From a virus, in the IMG/VR virus record IMGVR_UViG_3300010885_049871, positions 25,551 to 89,550 of that record: a stretch of 64,000 nt of DNA; one strand, 5' to 3'. The notes beneath the pieces were generated by a model. The model ran no database searches. It saw nothing but the letters and a program-made list of their open reading frames with translations, and was not told the DNA's origin. Shown here piece by piece: positions 1 through 11,023 of this stretch. The position numbers and the translations under genes are program-made. Positions within the stretch are counted from its first letter, which is position 1. Each line of letters starts with the position of its first letter.

Positions 1-3000
1 ACTATTGATGCTGCCTTCATTGGTGGCGGCAGTTCGCCTGCAAACGATTTGGTGATTACAATTGTAACAGTTGTGGCCGGCGGCATTCTTACATTTACAG
101 CAGCAGGTTCTGGAATTGATAACACCGACTCGTTTGACTTGTCTGAATATTTGTATACGGCCAATGACATTGATTCGTTCCTACTAGAAGTAAACGGATC
201 TGCACAGCGCCCGTACATTGATTATACATTTGCTGGAACAACTGTTACATTTACCCCTGCTGCCGTGCCGGGCCCTGATGCAGTTATTTTTGCGTCTGCC
301 AGAACATATTTTAAGTATATTGACAAAATTGACGGACCAGCCGGTAGTGTAAATTTTGGTCATAGTGTAGCGTCGGCTACAGATGGCCGCCAGGTAGTGA
401 TAGGAGCACCAAACACAGTGGTTGCTTCACTAGAGTCTGGCAGTACATATGTGTATGATCGCAGCGTATTACGATACCAAATTAGCCAAGGAGAAACCAG
501 CACGACAACATTTGCACTGCCTACCGGCTGGCAAGCACCAGTCAGCGTGTTGATTAACAATGCATTCTTGACCAATGCAGAGTTTGTAGTTACCGGTGGG
601 TTTAATGTGGTTGGCAATGATGTTGTGTTGACCAACTCAGTTACACTGGCAGTGGGCGACATAGTTGAAATTGAAAGCAACATATTCAACACAGTACAAC
701 AAATAGTAACCACATCTGATTGGGATTCTTTAAATCAAACAGCAGATAATGTACCAATCTACGAAGCACAATTTGGATGGGATGTGGATCTGTGTCCAAA
801 CAACTGTAGCATCTACATAGGAGCGCCACAGAACACCAACAATGATTCTGGTTCTGTGCAGCGCAATGTAAATCAGGCCCGTGTGTACGGTATAATTTCT
901 TCACCAATTTCAAATCCTGTGTTGACAGCAGGCGATACCATTCGTGTCAACAACTACCAAATTGCTGTGCCTGCTGCTCCAAACAACACTGTGGCCGGTC
1001 TGGCTGCTGCCGTTAACAGCGCCAACAACGGCATTGGTATACCAAATGCCACAGCCACAGTAAGTGATGATTTGTATTTTGTTGCAAATGGGATTATAAA
1101 AACATTTGATATTGGTGTAACATATTCTCAATATGACAGCTATACCACAGTAGTGTATCTAGACACAGCATTACAAACAGTAAATGTTGATTACACCTAT
1201 AACAATACCAAAGGCATTGTTACTTTTATCAACGCACCAGCAGATAAAACTGTAATTCGTGTAGTATCGGGTATACTGACTATTAGCGTCATAAACTCTG
1301 CTGCTGCAACATCGGGCGCAAAACTAAATGTGCTGCCGGGACTAACTGGCTCAGCGTTTGCAGATATTGGTTTTGTAAATTACCCTTACACACAAATAAT
1401 TACAAGTCCAAATCCAAGTCAGTTTGCTCGATTTGGTTCTAGTCTGACCATCGACTCGACTGCATCCACATTGGTGGTAGGTGCGCCAAACGGCAATATG
1501 TATAAGCCAGTGACGTTTGACAGCGACACAACTTATTTTGATGATCGTAGTACTATATTTTCAACTACAATTGTACAAAGTGGCGTAGCATATACTTTTG
1601 ATTATTTGCCAAGTTCAACAGATTCAGTTAATAATCCTGGTAAGTTTGTGTTTGGTCAACAATTATACAATGATACAACCAAAGAACTTGACAGTTACGG
1701 AACTGGCCTCAGTTACATCTCAGGCAAACTATTAGTGGGCGCACCCGGCAATGACTTAGAAGACAGCCAGTTTGCCAACTTTGGTCAAGTTGTTGTATTT
1801 GATAACCCCAACAGAACGCCGGCTTGGACAGTAAAACATCTGCAGACTCCGGTAGTTGATATTGCACTGTTAAATTCTGTCTACATGTATGACAAGTTGG
1901 AGTCTCAAGTGACCAGCTACTTGGATTTCTTTGATCCGCTACAAGGTAAGATTTTAGGTGTTGCTCGAGAAAATATTGATTATATTGGAGCGGTAGATCC
2001 AGCAAACTACAACAATGGTCCAATTCGCAATATTGGTAATCCATGGGCCGCCGCAAGAGTTGGACAGATTTGGTGGGATACCAACTCGGTTCGTTTCATA
2101 GATCCCAACCAGGACGATATTGTTTATGCAAGCCGTCGTTGGGGGCAGACATTCCCAGGTAGCCGTATTGATATCTATCAGTGGGTTGAGAGTGAAGTGC
2201 AACCGGCTAATTATACAGGTCCCGGGACTCCACTGAGTTTCTTGAGCTATACTACTCGTGCCGAGTTAAATTCTGAAAATATTTTTGCTACTCGTTATTA
2301 TTTCTGGGTGAGAAATATTTCTACAGTCAACACTGTGGCAGGAAAAAAACTCAGTACAACTGCTCTTGCCAACTATATTCAGTTTCCCCGCGCCAGCGGC
2401 ATTGCATATCTTGCTCCGTTGAATGCAAGCACCGTGGCAATTTACAACGTACTTGATCTAATAAGTGCTCAAGATACAATCTTGCATGTTGAATATGATC
2501 GCTTGGTCAATGATGATAATGTTCATCAGGAATATGAATTAATTGCTGCGGATCGTGCTGACAGTTTCCTAAGTGGTAACTTGTATTTGAAATTGCAAGA
2601 CAGTTTTTCTGGTATTAACATGATGGGCGCTAGTGTGCCAGATGCTGGATTAAGTCCAGCCATGCGGTATGGAGTAGAATTCCGGCCGCGCCAGAGCATG
2701 TTTGCAGATCGGTTTGGAGCACTACAAAACTACTTGGGCCGCGCCAATGCAGTGTTGGCACAATATCCTGTTACTGAAACAAAAAGTTTTACATTGCTCA
2801 ACAGCAGAGAGCCAGAACCAGCAGACAATTCTGGTGCATGGAACAAAAGAGTTGCGAACCTTTTAGAATTAAGTTATCAAAACTTAATTCTTGTACCCAT
2901 TGGATATCGATATCTAGTGGCATCTGACACGGACAACAGTGGCTTTTGGACCATATACGAAGTTGTGGCCGGTACCACCCCAGGCTCCAAACAGCTGACA

Positions 3001-6000
3001 TTGATCCGTGTTCAAAACTATGATACTCGTAGATATTGGAATCGCATTGATTGGTATCTACCTGGCTATAATAAAACAGTAAATCCAACAACTTCAGTAC
3101 CAAACTATGCTGGATTGTCAGGAGTGACATTGGCCACTGCACCAGTTGGCGCCAGTGTTGAAGTGACCAATGCCGCTACCACTGGAAAATTTGAAATTTA
3201 CCAACGCACTGATCTTGGCTGGGACCGCGTGGGATTGGAAGATGGCACAATTGAATTTAGTCGATCATTGTGGGACTATGCCGCTGGCAATTTTGGATTT
3301 GATCTAGAAGTGTTTGACGCTCAGTACTTTGATCAAGAACCTGTTATTGAAACTCGCAAAATTATTCAAGCAATCAACGAACAGTTGTTTATTGACGAGC
3401 TGTTGATTGAACGGAACCGTGCATTGATATTGACATTTGAATATGTAATGAGTGAATTTGCTACGCCTGACTGGTTGATAAAAACCAGTCTGATTGATGT
3501 CAACCATAAGATCCGTAATTTATTACCGTACCAATTTTACAATCAAGATAATCAAGACTTTGTATTAAATTATATACAAGAAGTTAAACCTTACCATACG
3601 CAAATTCGAGAGTTTAACCTGTCCTACAATGGTAACGATGCTTACCCTGGACTGATGACTGACTTTGACTTGCCAGCATTCTGGGATTCCGCATTGACTG
3701 TGCCACAATTTATCAGTCCAGTGTTATTGCCGTATACTCAGTCAACCGCCAACAGCAACACCAACTTCAATGCGGATACAGCAGCTGATTCTACATTGTG
3801 GGCTAAAAACCCCTGGGATGAATGGTATACAAATTACACATTAAACATACAGGCGGTGGTAATTACCAATGGCGGAGTTGGGTATACAACAGCACCATCG
3901 ATCACAGTGACTGGCGATTGTGTTGAGCAAGCCGAAATGACTGCCATTATTAATGGTGCAGGGCAAGTGTCTGGTGTCACAATTGACAACTATGGCAGCG
4001 GATACACAACCACTGCTATTATAACTTTTGTTGGTGGAAACGGAACTGGTGCAACAGCAGCAGTGACAATGGGCAATGATTTGATTCGTCAGATTACCAC
4101 TAGAATCAAGTACGACAGATATGAATATTCATCTACCATTGTTGAATGGCAAGCTGGTGTAAACTACGATAATGGCACACAGGTTCGTTATTTAAACCGT
4201 GTATGGGAAGCGGCAGCCGACGACAGTACAGGCATTCAAAGCAATACGTTTGACCCAGACCAGTGGGTGATTGTCAATCCTGGACTGTTAAGTGGTGTCG
4301 ACCGTACAATGGGTTTTTATACTCCCACAGCAAACGAGCCCGGGTTGAGTTTACCATTGTTGATTGACGGAGTTGAATATCCCGGTGTACAAATGTTTGG
4401 TGTAGGGTACGATCAATATCCTGGCTTTGATATCAACCCATTTGATACTACCCCATTTGACAATTTAACATACGGTCCAGAAGGCAGGCCCACATACGAT
4501 CAGACCATATTGGATGCCATCTATGCAAGCCCATATAACGATCCTTATTTGGGAACATTGGCCACCAGTATCAACGCTGATGGCGGCGCCTATATTGATA
4601 CCTATTCAAGTTATGCTCCGGAAGAATTGGTTCCAGGTAGCGAGTTTGACACACTGGATCTTAGAGTGTATACAACGCCGGGCGCTGATTGGGCCCGCGA
4701 CGGGCATGGGTTCCGTATTGAAGTTAAAAAATACAATGTTGCAGCAATGCCAGAGACATTTGCGTTTGCCGGAGTAGATCCAGTTCCTGCCACATTGCTT
4801 GTGGAGAATCAAACTACAGGATTGTTGCTACATCCTGTAACAGATTACACAGTCAATTGGGCTGCTCAGACCGTTACTGTGATCAATAATGTTGTAGCCG
4901 GCGATGTTGTAGTAATTTCATTATTTGAAATAGGTGGCGGCAACCAGATACTCAAGCGTCCCTACAACGGCGACGAAGTTGGAAATTCGTTGTTGGTTCC
5001 GGTTCAGTATTCATTAATCAACGAGTTTGTTATATTTGTCAACGGCAGTTTGATCAACAACTATACCTATGTACAAGAGGGAACAAATACTAGACTAGTG
5101 TTTGCCAACACTTATACATCCGCTGATTACTTGATGATTGCCGCCATTGGCCCAACTACAGTCAACGACACTGAAATAAATTACAGTTGGTCGGTTCCGG
5201 TTACTCAGTACACTGTAGGTGTAGCTGATCAATACCTGTATACACTGACCAACAGTATGGAATACACCAATCCAGACAATGTGTACGTCACCATTGATGG
5301 CCGACGAGTAAGAACATCTGCAGGCGCACAATACTATGCGGATGGCACTAGTGAATACCTGTTGCCTCAACGTCTGGGATTTGATCAAAGCATAATTGCT
5401 GACAACCAAGTTCGTGTTTATGTGGACAATATTCCTCAAATTCTCAACATAGATTTTATTGTTGAACCATATGATCCTAATACTCCAAGAGCAGTGATAT
5501 TTGATGTTACTCCAACCAATGGTGAGCAAATTTTAATCTGTGTAACCACTGACGCACAAGCTGTGGTCACTGGCAATCAAATACTGTTTAATCAATACGG
5601 AGGCTTTGTTCCTACAGATGGTCAAATTATTGCTGTAACAAGCTGGAATGATACTCGTCAACAGGACATATTGACACAGGTATATGTTGGCCCTGGTCCA
5701 AGAGTTACCCCAGATGCAACTGAACCATTTGACAGTACAGACTTTGACGTTGGAACAGTAATCGGCGAACCAGGATCATTTGATTACGGGCCACCGCAGC
5801 AGGTGTCGTTGAATAATCTATTCTTGGAACATTTGAACGCAGACCCCGATCGGTTATTTGTTACCTTAAATGGTACTTTACTATTCAACAATGTTGACTA
5901 TACACTTGTGAATGATGAAATTGTGTTGCCCGGCGGGTATATTTTGTCTCCAACTGATGTAGTAATGATCACACAGTTTACTAGCAGCATTGCTCCACTA

Positions 6001-6693
6001 GCAATGGCATTCCGCATATTCCAAGACATGCGTGGCGTGCAAGCTACCTACCGAATTACCGCAGCAACTACAACATATTTAACACAAGCATTGAGTGCTG
6101 TTGCTGATACAATTTATGTGTACAATGCAGCCGCGCTGGATGAACCAAATCTAGCCAACAATATCTGGGGGCTGTTGACCATCAACGGCGAAAGAATTAT
6201 GTACCGTAATCGTGATCTTACTACTAATACAATCAGTGGATTACGACGCGGCACAGCCGGAACTGGTGCAGCTGATCATGCTATCAACGCAGATGTTTAC
6301 AACATTGGCCGTGGCAATTTATTACAACCAGAATATCAAAATTATATTGTTTCTAATATAACTTACCCATTGTTGTCGGGAGTAAACATTGGTGATGGAG
6401 TTACCACATCATTTGTTGCTGCACTGATAGATGTGTCAGGTGCTGACAGCACTGTGGACAATGAAGCAGTTGAAGTTTATATAGGCGGAACATTGCAATC
6501 GGGCGGATACACAATTACCAATGAAAACCCTGTCACTGTGTTGTTTGATACAGCACCAGCAGATGGATCAGAAGTTACAATATTAGTACGACGCGGAGTA
6601 ACATGGTATGCGCCCGGTATTGATACCCCAAGCGATGGTGTGGCATTGCAAGATACCAACACTGTGGCCGCAAGGTTTTTACGGGGCGAATAA
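1..6693 (+). CDS. Giant virion structural protein (baseplate wedge-like) with FG-GAP-type repeats; 5' end lies before the window
   Basis: Frame open from base 1; >2200 aa; repeated FG.SV....(V/I)GAP motifs; Thr/Gly/Asn-rich beta-type composition; followed by other structural genes. Confidence 0.7.
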   Translation, partial: TIDAAFIGGGSSPANDLVITIVTVVAGGILTFTAAGSGIDNTDSFDLSEYLYTANDIDSFLLEVNGSAQRPYIDYTFAGTTVTFTPAAVPGPDAVIFASARTYFKYIDKIDGPAGSVNFGHSVASATDGRQVVIGAPNTVVASLESGSTYVYDRSVLRYQISQGETSTTTFALPTGWQAPVSVLINNAFLTNAEFVVTGGFNVVGNDVVLTNSVTLAVGDIVEIESNIFNTVQQIVTTSDWDSLNQTADNVPIYEAQFGWDVDLCPNNCSIYIGAPQNTNNDSGSVQRNVNQARVYGIISSPISNPVLTAGDTIRVNNYQIAVPAAPNNTVAGLAAAVNSANNGIGIPNATATVSDDLYFVANGIIKTFDIGVTYSQYDSYTTVVYLDTALQTVNVDYTYNNTKGIVTFINAPADKTVIRVVSGILTISVINSAAATSGAKLNVLPGLTGSAFADIGFVNYPYTQIITSPNPSQFARFGSSLTIDSTASTLVVGAPNGNMYKPVTFDSDTTYFDDRSTIFSTTIVQSGVAYTFDYLPSSTDSVNNPGKFVFGQQLYNDTTKELDSYGTGLSYISGKLLVGAPGNDLEDSQFANFGQVVVFDNPNRTPAWTVKHLQTPVVDIALLNSVYMYDKLESQVTSYLDFFDPLQGKILGVARENIDYIGAVDPANYNNGPIRNIGNPWAAARVGQIWWDTNSVRFIDPNQDDIVYASRRWGQTFPGSRIDIYQWVESEVQPANYTGPGTPLSFLSYTTRAELNSENIFATRYYFWVRNISTVNTVAGKKLSTTALANYIQFPRASGIAYLAPLNASTVAIYNVLDLISAQDTILHVEYDRLVNDDNVHQEYELIAADRADSFLSGNLYLKLQDSFSGINMMGASVPDAGLSPAMRYGVEFRPRQSMFADRFGALQNYLGRANAVLAQYPVTETKSFTLLNSREPEPADNSGAWNKRVANLLELSYQNLILVPIGYRYLVASDTDNSGFWTIYEVVAGTTPGSKQLTLIRVQNYDTRRYWNRIDWYLPGYNKTVNPTTSVPNYAGLSGVTLATAPVGASVEVTNAATTGKFEIYQRTDLGWDRVGLEDGTIEFSRSLWDYAAGNFGFDLEVFDAQYFDQEPVIETRKIIQAINEQLFIDELLIERNRALILTFEYVMSEFATPDWLIKTSLIDVNHKIRNLLPYQFYNQDNQDFVLNYIQEVKPYHTQIREFNLSYNGNDAYPGLMTDFDLPAFWDSALTVPQFISPVLLPYTQSTANSNTNFNADTAADSTLWAKNPWDEWYTNYTLNIQAVVITNGGVGYTTAPSITVTGDCVEQAEMTAIINGAGQVSGVTIDNYGSGYTTTAIITFVGGNGTGATAAVTMGNDLIRQITTRIKYDRYEYSSTIVEWQAGVNYDNGTQVRYLNRVWEAAADDSTGIQSNTFDPDQWVIVNPGLLSGVDRTMGFYTPTANEPGLSLPLLIDGVEYPGVQMFGVGYDQYPGFDINPFDTTPFDNLTYGPEGRPTYDQTILDAIYASPYNDPYLGTLATSINADGGAYIDTYSSYAPEELVPGSEFDTLDLRVYTTPGADWARDGHGFRIEVKKYNVAAMPETFAFAGVDPVPATLLVENQTTGLLLHPVTDYTVNWAAQTVTVINNVVAGDVVVISLFEIGGGNQILKRPYNGDEVGNSLLVPVQYSLINEFVIFVNGSLINNYTYVQEGTNTRLVFANTYTSADYLMIAAIGPTTVNDTEINYSWSVPVTQYTVGVADQYLYTLTNSMEYTNPDNVYVTIDGRRVRTSAGAQYYADGTSEYLLPQRLGFDQSIIADNQVRVYVDNIPQILNIDFIVEPYDPNTPRAVIFDVTPTNGEQILICVTTDAQAVVTGNQILFNQYGGFVPTDGQIIAVTSWNDTRQQDILTQVYVGPGPRVTPDATEPFDSTDFDVGTVIGEPGSFDYGPPQQVSLNNLFLEHLNADPDRLFVTLNGTLLFNNVDYTLVNDEIVLPGGYILSPTDVVMITQFTSSIAPLAMAFRIFQDMRGVQATYRITAATTTYLTQALSAVADTIYVYNAAALDEPNLANNIWGLLTINGERIMYRNRDLTTNTISGLRRGTAGTGAADHAINADVYNIGRGNLLQPEYQNYIVSNITYPLLSGVNIGDGVTTSFVAALIDVSGADSTVDNEAVEVYIGGTLQSGGYTITNENPVTVLFDTAPADGSEVTILVRRGVTWYAPGIDTPSDGVALQDTNTVAARFLRGE

Positions 6694-6709
6694 GCAAGGT
6701 AAATAAAGT

Positions 6710-6847
6710 ATGACTCAAAATGCAATACCTCAACAGCCCGCAGCACCGGCCAAGAAACCTCAAGAAACAGGGACTATTTCTGTTGAAGGTCATATTCGTA
6801 TTTTTGATCCAAAAACTAAGGAAGTTATAGTGGAGAAGCGAGCATGA
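6710..6847 (+). CDS. 45-aa small protein resembling the N-terminus of the next gene
   Basis: Own translation MTQNAIP...SVEGHIRIFDPKTKEVIVEKRA; TGA overlaps the next ATG (ATGA); TAAATA just upstream. Confidence 0.7.
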   Translation: MTQNAIPQQPAAPAKKPQETGTISVEGHIRIFDPKTKEVIVEKRA

Positions 6848-7464
6848 TAATTCAGCCAGGTTTAGCTAAAATTGAAGGATTTATTAAAATTCATGATCCT
6901 GCCACTGGCGAAGTATTGGTGGACAAAAAGAACGCAATTCATTATGAAAATATATCCTATGCAATGGCTCAAACTCTAAGCAACAGAACATCTGCGCAGG
7001 GCGGAGGTTGGATATATTTAATGGCGTTTGGTAACGGCGGGTCCAGCGTGGATCCCACTGGTATTATTACCTATTTACCCCCAAACACAGTTGGTCAAAA
7101 TGCCAATCTATATAACGAAACTTATGCCAAAGTAGTAGATGATAATTCTGCTGCCAATACAGACACTGCCAACAACAAAATGACAGTTTTGCATACATCT
7201 GGTAAAGTTTACACAGATATTTTAGTGACATGTTTGTTGGATTATGGCGAGCCTCCTGGTCAACAAGCATTTGACAACAGCACAAATTTCAATGGGGAAT
7301 ATGTGTTTGACGAACTAGGGCTTAAAACATGGAACGGCAGTGCTACAGATCTGCGATTGATTACCCATGTGATATTTCACCCGGTACAAAAAAGTTTGAA
7401 CAGACAGATACAGATTGATTATACAATTCGTATTCAGACGCTAACCAATCTTAGTGCAGCATAA
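6844..7464 (+). CDS. Putative baseplate/tail-collar structural protein
   Basis: 206 aa; FDELGL...THVIFHPVQKS-type C-terminus; structural gene context. Confidence 0.55.
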   Translation: MIIQPGLAKIEGFIKIHDPATGEVLVDKKNAIHYENISYAMAQTLSNRTSAQGGGWIYLMAFGNGGSSVDPTGIITYLPPNTVGQNANLYNETYAKVVDDNSAANTDTANNKMTVLHTSGKVYTDILVTCLLDYGEPPGQQAFDNSTNFNGEYVFDELGLKTWNGSATDLRLITHVIFHPVQKSLNRQIQIDYTIRIQTLTNLSAA

Positions 7465-7489
7465 ATACATTTAACGGAGCAAGCTACAA

Positions 7490-8770
7490 ATGTCATATAC
7501 AATTAACTTAACAAATGGTACAATATTTGCTACTATTGCAGATGGTACAATCAACACAGCCAGTTCAATGGTTCTGGTTGGTAAAAATTACGCGGGTTAC
7601 GGCGAATTTTTAGATGAAAACTTTATCCACTTGTTGGAAAATGGATCCAATACCACTGCACCAGGCGCACCACTAACCGGACAGCTTTGGTGGGACAGTA
7701 CCAACAGTTTGATGAAAGTCTATAACGGATCAACCTTTAAGACAATTTCTTCTGCCACAGCGCAATCCACTGCTCCAACCAACAATGTAACAGGCGATCT
7801 ATGGTATGACACAGTCAACGCTCAGCTTAAAGTTTGGACAGGCGTTGCATTTTTGTTGGTTGGCCCAGCGTTTACATCGGGACAAGGCACAACAGGCGCC
7901 ATCGCCGACACCATCACAGACAATGTATCTGTAAGTCATGTTGTAATTAAATTGTATGTTGAAGATGATGTGGTTGGCATTGTCAGCAAAGACGCTGCGT
8001 TTACTCCGCAAGCAGCCATCAGTGGATTCACCACAGTGCGTCCTGGCATTACACTGAGCACATTGATAGGCACACAAGTTCCATTGTTCCAAGGAACTGC
8101 ATCAGTTGCTCAAACACTTGAAGGATACGACCCAACTGATTTCTTACTGAAGAATGTGGCAGAAACCACAACCGGCACATTTGCTGTGTTGAACAATACT
8201 GGATTATCAGTTGGTGCCAATCAGGATTTCCGTGTTGGCGTGACCGGTACAGCAGCAACAATTTACAATCAAACCAGCAATGGCAACATAACATTCAATG
8301 TGAACAAAGCAGGTGTACCAACCACAGTCATGACAATCAATGGCGCTACCGGCGGCATCAGTGGTACAAATATCAGTGCTCAGTATGCTGACGTTGCAGA
8401 GCGATTTGAAGCAGATGCTGTACTTGAAGCAGGTACTGTGGTTGAACTCGGCGGCACTAATGAAATTACCATAGTCACTGACGAACTAAGCGAAAATGTG
8501 TTTGGTGTCATAAGTACTCGAGCAGCTTATTTAATGAATAGTCTTGCTGGATCTGACACAACTCACCCTGCTGTCGCAATGACAGGCCGTGTCCCAGTTA
8601 ACACTGTTGGATTGGTACGCAAAGGCGACAGACTCGTATCAGCCGGCAACGGCGTTGCAAGAGCAGCACAGGTAGGCGAAGCCACAGCATTTAATGTTAT
8701 CGGGCGTTCGTTGAATGATAAATTAACAACAGAGCTCGGCACGGTCGAAGCAATTGTTAAAATTAATTAA
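7490..8770 (+). CDS. Tail fibre/baseplate protein with C-terminal intramolecular chaperone (peptidase G2-like) domain
   Basis: GQLWWD/GDLWYD repeats; YADVAERF..D...GTVV..GG...GV.S...A..GRVP tail. Confidence 0.7.
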   Translation: MSYTINLTNGTIFATIADGTINTASSMVLVGKNYAGYGEFLDENFIHLLENGSNTTAPGAPLTGQLWWDSTNSLMKVYNGSTFKTISSATAQSTAPTNNVTGDLWYDTVNAQLKVWTGVAFLLVGPAFTSGQGTTGAIADTITDNVSVSHVVIKLYVEDDVVGIVSKDAAFTPQAAISGFTTVRPGITLSTLIGTQVPLFQGTASVAQTLEGYDPTDFLLKNVAETTTGTFAVLNNTGLSVGANQDFRVGVTGTAATIYNQTSNGNITFNVNKAGVPTTVMTINGATGGISGTNISAQYADVAERFEADAVLEAGTVVELGGTNEITIVTDELSENVFGVISTRAAYLMNSLAGSDTTHPAVAMTGRVPVNTVGLVRKGDRLVSAGNGVARAAQVGEATAFNVIGRSLNDKLTTELGTVEAIVKIN

Positions 8771-8847
8771 TTAAATGAAACAGGTTAATATCACCCAGCA
8801 ACCAAAAGTTGCGTTGAAATTGATCAACTAATACAAAGGGAAACACA

Positions 8848-9840
8848 ATGACTTATTCAGTAGGAAATACCATAGTAGCAACAGACTACAATGGGTTTGT
8901 TAGTACTAACGCCGCAAATGTAAATGGAATCTGGTCAACCGGCGCCACATCATTTGGCTACGGAGAAACAGCATTGACTACAGTGTCTGCTGCTGCAACC
9001 ATCACAGCCACACAATGGAGTACGCTGAACAGTAAAATTAGTTCAATGGCCAGCCATCAAGGTACAACCATCACCAGCAGAGCCAATCCCACTGCTGGCA
9101 CCACCATTGCAATTTTAGCAAATTTAGGCACAGACGTCACCAACCTTACCACCAACCGTGGTAACGCAGTGGCCAGCGGTGCTCAAACTGTTGCATTTAC
9201 TGGCACATCAAGCAAAACAACCAGCACTGGCAGCGGCGATGCTGCGTGGTCGATTACATTTACTCACACCATAACCTGGGCCAGTGCTGATGCTGCAAGA
9301 TATTTTTTCAACGCTGGTGGCCGCATCAAATGGGAATGCAACAAATCCTCAACTGGACAAGACGGCGATGCAGAGTGGAACGATTTGGCCAGCACTTTGG
9401 TCGGCGACATTTACATCACTGGCGGAACGGACACACAAACTATTGCAGCCGTTCCATACACTGGTACAACCAAAGTGGGCGGAACTGGCACACCGGGCAC
9501 ATTGGCAACCACGGTGGGGTGGTATGATTTTACAACCAGCGATCAACTTATCTATCGTCAATACGCTGATACTGTACCGTACACTGGTCAGAGCATTGCC
9601 ATCAACGCCAAAACAGCAGGCAGCGGCACACAGTTGGTATTGACTACACTATGGGATGATCCGGGCGGCGATGCAGCCCCGGGCGGTACTAACATTATCT
9701 CGGGTGGTACTGCTACCAGTTCACCATTCAGTTCATTTGGTACTGCACCTGCCACAATAGTTACACTATTTTTACCGAGTGCCACTTACCTGACCAGTGC
9801 AGCGTGGGGCACACCAAGTATTGCTGCTACAGTTGCTTAA
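8848..9840 (+). CDS. Virion structural protein (Thr/Gly/Ala-rich)
   Basis: 330 aa; MTYSVG..I.A.DYN start; ARYFFNAGG motif; SD-like AAGGGA upstream. Confidence 0.6.
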   Translation: MTYSVGNTIVATDYNGFVSTNAANVNGIWSTGATSFGYGETALTTVSAAATITATQWSTLNSKISSMASHQGTTITSRANPTAGTTIAILANLGTDVTNLTTNRGNAVASGAQTVAFTGTSSKTTSTGSGDAAWSITFTHTITWASADAARYFFNAGGRIKWECNKSSTGQDGDAEWNDLASTLVGDIYITGGTDTQTIAAVPYTGTTKVGGTGTPGTLATTVGWYDFTTSDQLIYRQYADTVPYTGQSIAINAKTAGSGTQLVLTTLWDDPGGDAAPGGTNIISGGTATSSPFSSFGTAPATIVTLFLPSATYLTSAAWGTPSIAATVA

Positions 9841-9863
9841 TTGAACTGCAACAGTTTTTTACC

Positions 9864-9890
9864 AAAAGGGCCTTCGGGCCCTTTACTTTT
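9864..9890 (+). terminator. Intrinsic terminator with cUUCGg loop
   Basis: AAAGGGCC-TTCG-GGCCCTTT followed by ACTTTT. Confidence 0.75.
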
Positions 9891-9910
9891 GTCTGTGTAT
9901 GCTGTATAAT
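9882..9910 (+). promoter_or_regulatory. Sigma70-like promoter, probably giving a leaderless mRNA
   Basis: TTTACT-17 nt-TATAAT; ATG at 9918, 7 nt after the -10. Confidence 0.55.
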
Positions 9911-9917
9911 AATCTAC

Positions 9918-10226
9918 ATGAATACTGAACAATTAATTGAAACTGGCCGTGCTCGGTTTGAGCATACAGCAGCACGCCGTCTGCTCAAAGAAAAATATCA
10001 AGCCAAGATGTTGTTTGCCTACAATGGCGGCATGTGGTGTGCTGGCCCTGAACTGTTGACACTGTTGCAAGCAATCCCGGTAGAAGATGCAGTGATAATT
10101 TTGGACCTGTATGAAACACCAGTTCAGGTCAACCCAACAGAGCTACAGTATCTAGCATTAGAACGCTGGCAAGAACAAATGACAGCATGGCTGGCGGAAT
10201 ACGAAGAAATTAGCAAAAAACGATGA
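9918..10226 (+). CDS. Hypothetical protein
   Basis: Start moved to MNTEQ; overlaps next gene (ATGA). Confidence 0.65.
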   Translation: MNTEQLIETGRARFEHTAARRLLKEKYQAKMLFAYNGGMWCAGPELLTLLQAIPVEDAVIILDLYETPVQVNPTELQYLALERWQEQMTAWLAEYEEISKKR

Positions 10227-11023
10227 CCACTGGTGCATTGATATTTGCGTTCAATAACGAACATACAGACTATGTTGCCATGGCCAATTGGTCAGCCCGC
10301 AACATACATCGACATTTGAATATTCCCGTTTGTCTAGTCACTGATCAGGAGCCAGTTCAACCGCATTCATTTGATAAAGTAGTAATTGCCACCGCAGTCA
10401 ACGCAGGAACAAGATATTTTTTAGATTACAATTCAACTGTGACTTGGCACAACACCAATCGTATGGATGCCTACCGGCTGAGTCCGTGGGATCAAACATT
10501 GGTGTTGGATGCTGATTATGTTGTGGCCAGTGATCAACTCACCACAGTATTACAAAGCCGTCAAGAATTTTTATGCTATAGATGGGCCTCTGATGCAACA
10601 GGTGTTAGAACATTTGATGATTTAAATTACTTTGGCAGTCATCGTATGCCCATGTGGTGGGCCACTGTTATGATGTTTACACGCAGTAGGTCGGTTGAAT
10701 TGTTGTTTGATTCAATGCAGATGATTCGGGACAATTGGACACACTATAGAAACTTGTATAAAAATAACACAAGCACCTACAGAAACGACCACGCACTGAG
10801 CATTGCGTTAAATACTCTAAGCGGGCACACATTACAGGTCAACTCAATCCCAGGTTCACTGGTCAGCGTCATTCCAGAACACCAATTGACACAATTGTCA
10901 CCAGACACATACAGAATAGATTTTACAACCGCTGACAAAAAAGCACGATGGGTTACTATTGGTCAAGATTTTCATGCCATGGGCAAACAACAACTAGGAG
11001 CAATAGTTGAAAATCCTTGCTGA
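10223..11023 (+). CDS. GT-A (GT8-like) nucleotide-diphospho-sugar transferase
   Basis: SPWDQTLVLDADY DxD motif; YRNDHALSIA. Confidence 0.65.
   Translation: MTTGALIFAFNNEHTDYVAMANWSARNIHRHLNIPVCLVTDQEPVQPHSFDKVVIATAVNAGTRYFLDYNSTVTWHNTNRMDAYRLSPWDQTLVLDADYVVASDQLTTVLQSRQEFLCYRWASDATGVRTFDDLNYFGSHRMPMWWATVMMFTRSRSVELLFDSMQMIRDNWTHYRNLYKNNTSTYRNDHALSIALNTLSGHTLQVNSIPGSLVSVIPEHQLTQLSPDTYRIDFTTADKKARWVTIGQDFHAMGKQQLGAIVENPC

Noticed and set aside
360-6793. Numerous short antisense ORFs within the giant structural gene
   Set aside because: Shadow frames with no motifs or ribosome-binding sites.
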